Shown piece after piece: positions 16,830 through 24,689 of a stretch of 64,000 nt of DNA. The stretch spans positions 13,730 through 77,729 of the forward strand of contig JAHFCH010000004.1 in NCBI GenBank assembly GCA_023249635.1. Direction: 5' to 3'. Position 1 is the stretch's first letter, and every line of letters starts with the position of its first letter. The translations under genes were made by a program, and so were the position numbers. The notes below the pieces were generated by a model, which searched no databases, was not told the origin of the DNA, and worked only from the letters and a program-made list of their open reading frames with translations. Source of the DNA: Fibrobacterota bacterium. Lineage in GTDB: Bacteria > Fibrobacterota > Fibrobacteria > UBA11236.

Positions 16830-17630
16830 ATGCCCACCAAGACTCTCCCCCACCCCCTCACGGCAGACCCATTCGATCGGACGAAACGCCGACTCTTTGA
16901 ATTGTACCGGATGGGAAGCAAGCCCTATCATGCTTGGTTCCATGGCTATGCCGAAATCACGGCCCGGTGCAGCAACAACAATCTCCATGCCTATGGCCTA
17001 TATGTAGGCATCGAAAAAGGCGTCATTACCCGAGTCGGCTACACCAAAGGCGCAGGTAAAGCCCGCAATGCGGCATCCACCGATGAGGTTCACGCTTCGG
17101 TTGCCGCTTTCTGCGGCTATGTCAAGGGGAAACGCATTGAAGACGCCTTGGCTGTGGATATGAAATCCATCCTGAGCCACTACGGCTGCTGGAATGGCCA
17201 CTCACCGGGCCTTCTGAAAACCTTGGAGCGTTCGCGACCGGAAGACCTGGTCCAGTTCAAGGCTACGACTCCGGATGCTCTGTTCAGCCTCGCTTTGGGT
17301 GGAGGCCTCCCTTTCGTTCTCCTGAACTGGGCGATTCTCAATTACACCATCAAGAACGAACTCGTCAATATCGTCGGGGATGCGGCACAGCCCTTCGTGC
17401 GGTTCAAGGACGTAAACCAGGCCCTTAAGTTGGTCAATGCCCTGAAGAATCACCCGGCCCTCGGGGCTCAACGAAGAGCGATGGAAATCGGCGTACGCGC
17501 GTTGCAATTCAATTCCGTGGATGATTCCAGCTTAAGGCTTGCATACCAACGGCATACCTTCGACGGATTCGCGAAGAACGCGAACGCCAAGGGATTTTAC
17601 ATCCTCGATCGATTCCTGTTGCTCAAGTGA
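16830..17630 (+). CDS. Degenerate IscU/NifU-N-like domain protein with an unknown C-terminal half
   Basis: ATG 16830 lies 8 nt after the desulfurase stop. By eye, ARCSNNNLHAYGLYVGIEKGVITRVGYTKGAGKARNAAS...FCGYVKGKRIEDAL aligns to IscU APACGDVMKLQIKV..GIIEDARFKTYGCGSAIASSS...WVKGKSLDEA. The second scaffold Cys is replaced by Ala. Confidence 0.5.
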   Translation: MPTKTLPHPLTADPFDRTKRRLFELYRMGSKPYHAWFHGYAEITARCSNNNLHAYGLYVGIEKGVITRVGYTKGAGKARNAASTDEVHASVAAFCGYVKGKRIEDALAVDMKSILSHYGCWNGHSPGLLKTLERSRPEDLVQFKATTPDALFSLALGGGLPFVLLNWAILNYTIKNELVNIVGDAAQPFVRFKDVNQALKLVNALKNHPALGAQRRAMEIGVRALQFNSVDDSSLRLAYQRHTFDGFAKNANAKGFYILDRFLLLK

Positions 17631-17658
17631 ACCCCGGCAATTCTGAAAGGACAGGGAA

Positions 17659-20600
17659 ATGAAAAAGAGCTTTCTCGTCGATTTCTCAATCAAGCGACCC
17701 AAGACCGTCATTGGCCTTACCATGGCGCTTACCGCCATAATGATGCTTCCCTTCCCGAAGGTGAAGCTGGATACCAATCCAAAAAATATGCTGCCGCCCG
17801 ATGCGGAAGTCCGCATTTGGAATGCCGAGGTGGAGAAAACCTTCGGTCTTTACGAAGATCTGATCGTCGTAGGCGTGACCAACCCGGCAGGGGTGATGAA
17901 CAATACCACCCTTAAAAACATTTCCGTATTGACCGATGGGATCCAGAAAATCACGGGGGTGGCCGCCGCCGATGTATCCAGCTTGGTCAACGTGGATGAT
18001 GTCTCCGCGAATGGCAAATCCCTGGAAGTCAAACCGATCGTCAGCGGACTGCCATTGGAGGAAAAGGATCTGGCTGAAATCGGCGCCTCGGCGATAGCCA
18101 ATCCGCTGCTTGCCGAAAAACTGCTTTCCAAGGACGGAAAGACCACCGCCGTTTATGTCCCCATGGAAAAAGGCGCCAATGGAAAAGTGATCGCGGAAGC
18201 CATCAAGTCCATGATCGCGAAACTGCCGGTTTCCGGAAAAGGGGGTGACAAATTCTTTGTCACAGGCGACCCGGTAGCCAGGGACACTTTCGGCGATTTC
18301 ATGTTCAAGCTGATGGCGGTATTTTCCCCGGTGTCCTGCTTTCTCATGATCGCAGCCATGTACCTGATGTTCCGAAGCATCCCGCTGTGCATCAGCATGA
18401 TGGCCGTCTCGAATATCGCGATCATCTGGAGCGTTGGCCTGGTAATCGCTTTGGGGTTCCCCATCCATCTGATGGCCTCAATGGCCCCGGTCTTTCTGAT
18501 GGCTATCGCGACCGATAGCATCCACATTTTCACGGAGTTTTACTTCCGTTATGCAGAAACCCGGGACCGTAAGCGCGCAATCCTGGAGACCATGGCGGTT
18601 GTAAGCCATCCCGTGAAGTACACCGCATTGACGACTGCGGTGGCTTTTTCCGTGCTCCTATTCATGAAAATCATACCGGTCCAGGTATTCGGAGGCATGA
18701 TCGCCTTCGGCACCATCGCGCTTCGGCTTCTCAGCTTCTCATTCATACCCGCCATCATGGCCCTGCTTGGTGAGAAATCCCTGCTGAAAGTCGCCGCGAA
18801 ATCCCAGGCTTCCGCGGGGCGCCCGGCCGGATTCTTGCGTGGTCTGGCAATGGCCGGCGCCGGCAATCCCCGCCTTGTCGTAGGCGTTGGATTGATATTG
18901 TGCGCGCTGTCCATCGTGGGGATTTCCCGGGTCGTCGTGAACAACAACATGGTCGAATGGTTCAACAAGAAAAATGAAGTCCGAATCGCCGATATGGCGC
19001 TGAATAAAAGCCTCGGGGGCACCTCGCTAGGGTACATGGTTGCCATTGCCGATCCCGGCCAAGGTGAATACATGAAGACCCCCGAGGGACTGCGGTTCCT
19101 TGCGGGACTTCAGCGTAGGTTGGAAAACATCCCGGAAGTCGGCAAGACCAGTTCCATCGCCGACATCGCATCCCGCATCAATCTTGTGTTGCACGGGAAC
19201 GACCCCGTCTACGCAGGCATACCTAAGACCAAGGAAGAAGCCGGGCAATTCCTCTTTCTTTTCTCAATGTCCGCCAAACCGTCGGACGTGAAAAACCTGG
19301 TGGATGACTCCTACGGGAAGGCGAACGTCTGGATCCAGATGAAAACCTGGGATGCTAAGGCGATGCGGTCGGTGATACGTGAATCCCAAGCCTATTTGAG
19401 GGAAAATCCTGCGCCCGTACAATTGAAACCCGCGGGTATCGCCTACTTCAACCTGGCGTGGAACGACGAAGTCCTTTACGATATGTTGAAGGGCTTCGTG
19501 TTGGCCATCTGCGTGGTTTATTCCATCCTCGTATTGAATTTCCGTTCCTTCAAGTGGGCCTTGATAAGCTACGTACCCCTCCTCTTCACTATTCTCCTTA
19601 TCATCGGAATGGTGGGCTTCGTCGGCAAGGACCTCGACATGCCCATCTCCGTCTTGTCCTGCCTTTCCCTGGGCATGGCGGTCGATTTCGCCATCCATTT
19701 CATCAACCGCTTCCGGCAGAAGATGGCTGACAGCGGGTACACGGGGACCGCTGCCGAAGTCAGGGAATGCCTCCTCTGGACCGCTTCGCGGCCGGGTCGC
19801 GGCATTCTGCGGAACGCAATCCTTTTCGGATCGGCATTCCCGGTGATGATGCTTTCTCCCCTGACCCCATATGTCACGGTGGGTGCTTTCATCCCCAGCA
19901 TGATGATTCTAAGCGCATTCCTGACTCTACTGTACCTTCCGGCCCTAATCGTGCTCCTCCGCAAATGGCTATTCAACGGGCAACAAGCGGGACGCGCGGG
20001 AAAACCCGCGGCAGCGGAAAATCTTTCGGTTTCCGCCATGAAAATGGGTCTGTTGCTTATTGGCTCAATCGCGATTCCGCTTCATTCCGAAGAAAACCCG
20101 GCCGCAATAGTGAAGGCTTACCAGAACTCCTTCTATTACCAAGGCTCAACCTTTCGCGGGCGCCTCAAATTGAGCCTGATTGATGCGGACGGAAAGGCCC
20201 GTACCAAAGACATGACCATGGTTCGCGCCACCACGGTTCCCGGAGCGGATCAACGGTACTTCATGTATTTCCATGCCCCAGGCGACGTAAAGGGCATGTC
20301 CTTCCTGGTTTTCAAGTACCCGAACAAGGAAAGCGATCGTTGGCTGTTTATCCCCAGCGTTGACATGGTGCAGCGCATCGCCGCACGGGATGCGGGCTCC
20401 AGTTTCGTGGGATCCGATTTCTCCTATCAGGATATCTCCGGACGGTCAATGGAGGCTGACGAATTCTCCTATGTGAAAGAGGAATTAGTGGCCGGAAAGA
20501 AGTGCCAGGTAGTAGCCAGCGTTCCAAAAAGCAGCGCTGGCTATACCAAGAAGACGTCCTGGATTGACGTGGAGACGTTCCTCCCCATTAAGGAGGAGTA

Positions 20601-20817
20601 TACAGACGTTCAGGGTAAAGTCTTCAAGCGATTCACGGCCGATAGCATTGCCGATCTTTCCGGCCACCCGTTAGTCGTAAGGGGAACTATGACCAACCTC
20701 AAGACCAATCACTCTTCCAAATTCGAATTCAGCGATGTTGCATATGACTTTAAAGCCAACGGGGACGAATTCACTGAGAGGGCCCTCCGGAATCCGCCTC
20801 GGGGTTGGATCAATTGA
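17659..20817 (+). CDS. MMPL/RND-superfamily exporter (COG1033-like, 12 TM) fused in frame to a LolA-like 'outer membrane lipoprotein-sorting' domain
   Basis: The 1052-aa ORF has two 6-TM bundles with large periplasmic loops. From about aa 794 it reads FRGRLKLSLIDADGK...VKGMSFLVFKYPNKESDRWLFIPSVDMVQRIAARDAGSSFVGSDFSYQDISGR, the LolA-like (DUF4367/PF17131-type) signature as I recall it. Confidence 0.8.
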   Translation: MKKSFLVDFSIKRPKTVIGLTMALTAIMMLPFPKVKLDTNPKNMLPPDAEVRIWNAEVEKTFGLYEDLIVVGVTNPAGVMNNTTLKNISVLTDGIQKITGVAAADVSSLVNVDDVSANGKSLEVKPIVSGLPLEEKDLAEIGASAIANPLLAEKLLSKDGKTTAVYVPMEKGANGKVIAEAIKSMIAKLPVSGKGGDKFFVTGDPVARDTFGDFMFKLMAVFSPVSCFLMIAAMYLMFRSIPLCISMMAVSNIAIIWSVGLVIALGFPIHLMASMAPVFLMAIATDSIHIFTEFYFRYAETRDRKRAILETMAVVSHPVKYTALTTAVAFSVLLFMKIIPVQVFGGMIAFGTIALRLLSFSFIPAIMALLGEKSLLKVAAKSQASAGRPAGFLRGLAMAGAGNPRLVVGVGLILCALSIVGISRVVVNNNMVEWFNKKNEVRIADMALNKSLGGTSLGYMVAIADPGQGEYMKTPEGLRFLAGLQRRLENIPEVGKTSSIADIASRINLVLHGNDPVYAGIPKTKEEAGQFLFLFSMSAKPSDVKNLVDDSYGKANVWIQMKTWDAKAMRSVIRESQAYLRENPAPVQLKPAGIAYFNLAWNDEVLYDMLKGFVLAICVVYSILVLNFRSFKWALISYVPLLFTILLIIGMVGFVGKDLDMPISVLSCLSLGMAVDFAIHFINRFRQKMADSGYTGTAAEVRECLLWTASRPGRGILRNAILFGSAFPVMMLSPLTPYVTVGAFIPSMMILSAFLTLLYLPALIVLLRKWLFNGQQAGRAGKPAAAENLSVSAMKMGLLLIGSIAIPLHSEENPAAIVKAYQNSFYYQGSTFRGRLKLSLIDADGKARTKDMTMVRATTVPGADQRYFMYFHAPGDVKGMSFLVFKYPNKESDRWLFIPSVDMVQRIAARDAGSSFVGSDFSYQDISGRSMEADEFSYVKEELVAGKKCQVVASVPKSSAGYTKKTSWIDVETFLPIKEEYTDVQGKVFKRFTADSIADLSGHPLVVRGTMTNLKTNHSSKFEFSDVAYDFKANGDEFTERALRNPPRGWIN

Positions 20818-22064
20818 AATCGATTGTTCCTTTGGCCGCCTTAAAAGTGGCGGCTGTGCTTGCGTATGGCCAACCCGTGGACGTTTCGGGCGGACTCAAT
20901 GCCGTCTATTCCGCCAGGGTGGGAAATCATCCGGAACCCAATCCGGTGTCAGGTTCATTCCTGGCGGGAGAGGAAATTCTAAGGCTGAAGGCGGAGGCAC
21001 GATCGGAATCCGGTAGCGGTGGGTTTATGGCCCTCGTGGAAAACACCTACGACAACCTTAGCCAAGATAACCGATTGGATATCCGTGAGGCATACGCCAC
21101 CCTTCCATTAGGCGCATTCGATATCCGGGCCGGCAAACAGATCATCACGTGGGGAACCGGAGATTTCCTCTTTATCAATGATTTCTTCCCCAAGAACTAC
21201 GCCGCATTCTACGCTGGCCTACCCATTGATCATCTAAAGGAGGGCCTGACCGCACTAAGGATTTCGGGCTATAGTTCAGCGGCGAATCTTGAAATCGTAG
21301 CCACCCCATTTTTCCAGGAAAACATTTTCCCCGGCCAGGATCGATTCATTTTGCCTAAAGATCCCGCGGGCGGCCTCGCCCCGCCCCTCATTCATCCTTC
21401 CCTCCGGTTTGAAAACGGAGAAGTGGCGATTCGCCTTTACCGCAACATCCTGGGTTGGGATGCGGGCCTTTATGGGTACACCGGGCATAACCGACAGCCC
21501 ACCTTGCAGATTTTACCTGCGGATACGGGGGCCAATCTTCGGATCGCCTTCCCTCAAATTGCCTCCGGGGGAATCAGCCTTACCGGCAGCCTACCCCTGG
21601 CCGTGATCAACCTGGAAGCCGGATTTTCCCATCCGTTCGCCGATGGCGCGTGGAAGGCCCCGCTTCTCCCGGATCAAGAATTGAAATTTCTCGGCGGATT
21701 AAAAGCCGGACAGACAGGGGCATGGTCACTCGGCGTCCAATATTATGCCGAGCTCAACGAATTCAATCCCAATACCGCGAACATGCGATCCGGGAATCCT
21801 TTTGTGCCGGAAAATATCCACCAAATATTGACATCCAGTCTGGACTTGAGCCCGGGTTACCAGACTTTGCGAATCTATTGCTTCGCCTACTACGACCTTA
21901 CCTACCGGGAATCCTTAGTCATGCCGGAAATATCCTACCAGGTTACCGATCGGGCGACGATCGCTCTCGGCGGTCGCGGCTATTACGGAAACGGTGATCC
22001 AAGAAGCTTTGGTTACTATGGCTCGAATGATTGTGTGTTCACCCGCGTCTCGTATAGTATCTGA
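20805..22064 (+). CDS. Putative outer-membrane beta-barrel partner of the exporter
   Basis: TTG starts at 20805 or 20814; the latter overlaps the upstream stop as TTGA. The signal-like N-terminus is KSIVPLAALKVAAVLAYG. The body is rich in Y/G/N alternating segments. The C-terminus is ...FTRVSYSI. I cannot assign a family. Confidence 0.5.
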   Translation: MDQLKSIVPLAALKVAAVLAYGQPVDVSGGLNAVYSARVGNHPEPNPVSGSFLAGEEILRLKAEARSESGSGGFMALVENTYDNLSQDNRLDIREAYATLPLGAFDIRAGKQIITWGTGDFLFINDFFPKNYAAFYAGLPIDHLKEGLTALRISGYSSAANLEIVATPFFQENIFPGQDRFILPKDPAGGLAPPLIHPSLRFENGEVAIRLYRNILGWDAGLYGYTGHNRQPTLQILPADTGANLRIAFPQIASGGISLTGSLPLAVINLEAGFSHPFADGAWKAPLLPDQELKFLGGLKAGQTGAWSLGVQYYAELNEFNPNTANMRSGNPFVPENIHQILTSSLDLSPGYQTLRIYCFAYYDLTYRESLVMPEISYQVTDRATIALGGRGYYGNGDPRSFGYYGSNDCVFTRVSYSI

Positions 22065-22068
22065 ACCC

Positions 22069-23358
22069 ATGAATATGCGCGCAACGCCCTATTTCCAAAC
22101 CCAGGTGATCGGCTGTGGGCCGGGCGCTTTGGGGTTGGCAGTTGCTGCCGACAGGTTGAAACTGCTGGACTCCCTGCTTGGGCAAGGGATCGCTTTCTTG
22201 GAAAAGGCGCCGAATCCGAAGGAACTATTCAACCAGCGGTTTCCCTTTCTCATCGAATCCAATTCTATTGCCGACGACTTTTTCAAATCCATCGATAGCG
22301 AAGGCGCCTTCTCGGAAACCTGCCGGAATGAAAATTCCAGGCTCGTATTCTCACGAGAAGGCCGCACCCTACCCCTTGAATTGATAAAAGCCTTCATGAA
22401 CGACTTAACCAAAGCTTTCCTGGAAAAATGCTGCTTCTCCGGGGCCAGCGGAATCTTTTTTGGCCGGGAAATCGATCATCTTCAAATCGGTGAAGATGGG
22501 TCTGTAACGAGCTTCAATCGTTCCGGAGCGCCTATCGCCAAGTCCATGTACGCAGTGCTGGCGACTGGGGCGGGAGAAAACCTGCCTTTACATGCGCATG
22601 GTCCAGGCAATCTTTTCCATTTCCTTCCTTCCGGTGAGGTTTTATCCGGAAAATTCGCTGAGATCTCCCGGGAAATAGCCTCCGGTAAGCCAATCATCAT
22701 TCTCGGCGGTTCCCATAGCGCCTTTTCGGTTGCGCTTTTAATCCTTGATCGCTTCGGTTCCCGGCTCTCCACCGGCCAAATCCAACTTTACCACCGCGGC
22801 GTCTGCCTTTACTTTACCTCCCAACGCGAAGCTTCAGAATCCGGCTACTTCCTTCCCGGAGCGCATATTTTCCGCTCTACCGGGGAGGTGAATAAATTCA
22901 ATGGCTTGCGAGGAAGGGCGAAAAACCTCTATCAGCAAGTTCAATCCGGCATAGAAATGCGCGTCTCCGTAAAAGGCAAAAACGCATACGCGGATTTCCT
23001 CGCCAAAGCGGAATTCCCCGCCCTTATCATTCAGGCTACCGGATATAAGACTCGCCGAATCGGAATCATAAACCACATGGGCGTGCCCATCCGTAATCTG
23101 CATTCCAATAAGAACTGCATGGTCGATTCCCAATGCCGCCTACTCGATTCCTCGGGGGAAATCCTGCCCAACCTCTTCGGCATCGGCATCGGATATCCCC
23201 GCCTGAGCGAGAACAAGGAATTGAAAATCGGAGTCAATTTCTTCCATGGGCCGGATGGGGAAACCATCGTGCGGCAGATCGTATCGCCGTCAAAGACTAC
23301 CGTCTCCGCTGAGACTGCGCTTGCATCAAACTCAAACCTGAATGGAGTCCCAAGTTGA
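22069..23358 (+). CDS. FAD/NAD(P)-dependent flavoprotein monooxygenase, N-hydroxylase (SidA/IucD/PvdA)-like or FMO-like
   Basis: Internal ATG 4 nt after the upstream stop. The motifs are VIGCGPGALGLA (GxGxxG), AVLATGAGE, IIILGGSHSAFSVA (second dinucleotide motif, GGxxSA) and IIQATGYK (ATGY motif). Confidence 0.65.
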   Translation: MNMRATPYFQTQVIGCGPGALGLAVAADRLKLLDSLLGQGIAFLEKAPNPKELFNQRFPFLIESNSIADDFFKSIDSEGAFSETCRNENSRLVFSREGRTLPLELIKAFMNDLTKAFLEKCCFSGASGIFFGREIDHLQIGEDGSVTSFNRSGAPIAKSMYAVLATGAGENLPLHAHGPGNLFHFLPSGEVLSGKFAEISREIASGKPIIILGGSHSAFSVALLILDRFGSRLSTGQIQLYHRGVCLYFTSQREASESGYFLPGAHIFRSTGEVNKFNGLRGRAKNLYQQVQSGIEMRVSVKGKNAYADFLAKAEFPALIIQATGYKTRRIGIINHMGVPIRNLHSNKNCMVDSQCRLLDSSGEILPNLFGIGIGYPRLSENKELKIGVNFFHGPDGETIVRQIVSPSKTTVSAETALASNSNLNGVPS

Positions 23359-23474
23359 ACAAGGACAAACTCTCCAAGGCAATCGGCAACTCCCCGGAGG
23401 CGAACAGCTCTGTAACCTGGTCGAATAACCTGAAACGCGGGCGGGTTCCCGGACCCAGGATGAAGGAAAACAAA

Positions 23475-24656
23475 ATGCTTCCCGATACGTTGGGGGGCTC
23501 TACCATCGCAGTGCATGGGGGAACCTATGAGGATCCGATCACCGGTGCGGTCGGGACTCCTATTTTCCAAAGCAGCACCTTCAACTTTTCCAAGCACACG
23601 TACGATTCATTCGCACAAGGCCTGATTCGGGATATCCCGACCTATACGCGGTATGGCAACCCTACCGTTTGGAGCACCCAGGAAAAGATTTCCCAGCTTG
23701 AAAACGCGGAGAGCACCATTCTGTTTTCCTCGGGAATGTCCGCAATCACCACGACGCTGGTAGGCCTTACGAATCGTGGGGGGCATATCATCAGTTCCTT
23801 TGACGTGTACGGGGGAACGTATAACTTCCTCCGGGAGGATATCCATCAGTTGGGGCGTGAGACGACTCTCGTGGATGGCACCGACCTTGCCGCCGTCGAT
23901 GCCGCGATAAAACCCAATACCCAGGTCCTTTTTTTCGAAACACTTTCCAACCCGCTCCTGAAGGCGCTTCCGCTACGCGGCCTCGCCTCGCTGGCCAAAG
24001 CCAGGAATCTTCTGCTTGTCGTCGACAACACCTTTCTCTCCCCTATCTGCCTCCGTCCCCTCGATGAAGGGGTTGATATCGTCCTGCACAGCTGTTCCAA
24101 ATACATGAATGGCCACAGCGACCTAATTGCCGGATCGGTCTCCGGATCAAGAAAATATGTCGACCGTATCTGGTCGCAAATGCTCAAGTTCGGCGGCAAC
24201 GTGAATCCGCTTTCCGCCTTTCTTTTGGAACGCGGCCTGAAAACGCTTGCTTTACGCATGCAGGCACATGTCTCCAATTCCAAGCAGCTGGCCGCGTTCC
24301 TTGCGAATCATCCCAAGGTCACACGCGTGCATCACCCGTCCTTGCCCAACTACGAATATCCGTGGATTCAAGAATATTGCCGGAACGGGTACGGAGGGAT
24401 GGTCAGCTTCGAAGTGAAAGGCGGGAACGAAGCGGCGCTGGCTTTACTCACCCATTTGAAAATCCCGCTCGTCGCCACAAGTTTGGGCGGCGTAGAGTCC
24501 TTGATCTCTTTGCCTTTCAATACGTCCCATTCCTTTCTAACCGAAAAGCAACGCCAACAAATCGGCATCATGCCGGGTCTTATCCGCCTCTCCGTGGGCG
24601 TCGAGAACATCCAGGACCTCACGGCCGATTTCGATACGGCGCTCGGTCAGATTTAA
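23475..24656 (+). CDS. Cys/Met-metabolism PLP enzyme (cystathionine gamma-synthase / gamma-lyase / O-acyl-homoserine sulfhydrylase family)
   Basis: The PLP lysine is in HSCSKYMNGHSDLIAG. Other motifs are AVHGG...PIFQSSTF, YTRYGNPT and VVDNTF. I chose ATG 23475 because AAGGAA lies 6 nt upstream. Alternatives are ATG 23460 or TTG 23355, which overlaps the upstream stop. Confidence 0.85.
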   Translation: MLPDTLGGSTIAVHGGTYEDPITGAVGTPIFQSSTFNFSKHTYDSFAQGLIRDIPTYTRYGNPTVWSTQEKISQLENAESTILFSSGMSAITTTLVGLTNRGGHIISSFDVYGGTYNFLREDIHQLGRETTLVDGTDLAAVDAAIKPNTQVLFFETLSNPLLKALPLRGLASLAKARNLLLVVDNTFLSPICLRPLDEGVDIVLHSCSKYMNGHSDLIAGSVSGSRKYVDRIWSQMLKFGGNVNPLSAFLLERGLKTLALRMQAHVSNSKQLAAFLANHPKVTRVHHPSLPNYEYPWIQEYCRNGYGGMVSFEVKGGNEAALALLTHLKIPLVATSLGGVESLISLPFNTSHSFLTEKQRQQIGIMPGLIRLSVGVENIQDLTADFDTALGQI

Positions 24657-24689
24657 AGCAGGACACCCTCCAAACCATCGGGAGCAAAG

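Noticed and set aside
17686-18468. 260-aa minus-strand ORF inside the island
   Set aside because: It lies antisense to the MMPL exporter N-terminal region and has no motifs. The plus-strand frame is a continuous 1052 codons with transporter topology.
15439-22068. Upstream extensions of track ORFs 15439, 16695 and 21994
   Set aside because: The extensions overlap the preceding genes or intergenic hairpins. Internal ATGs at 15499, 16830 and 22069 give typical N-termini and tight operon spacing.
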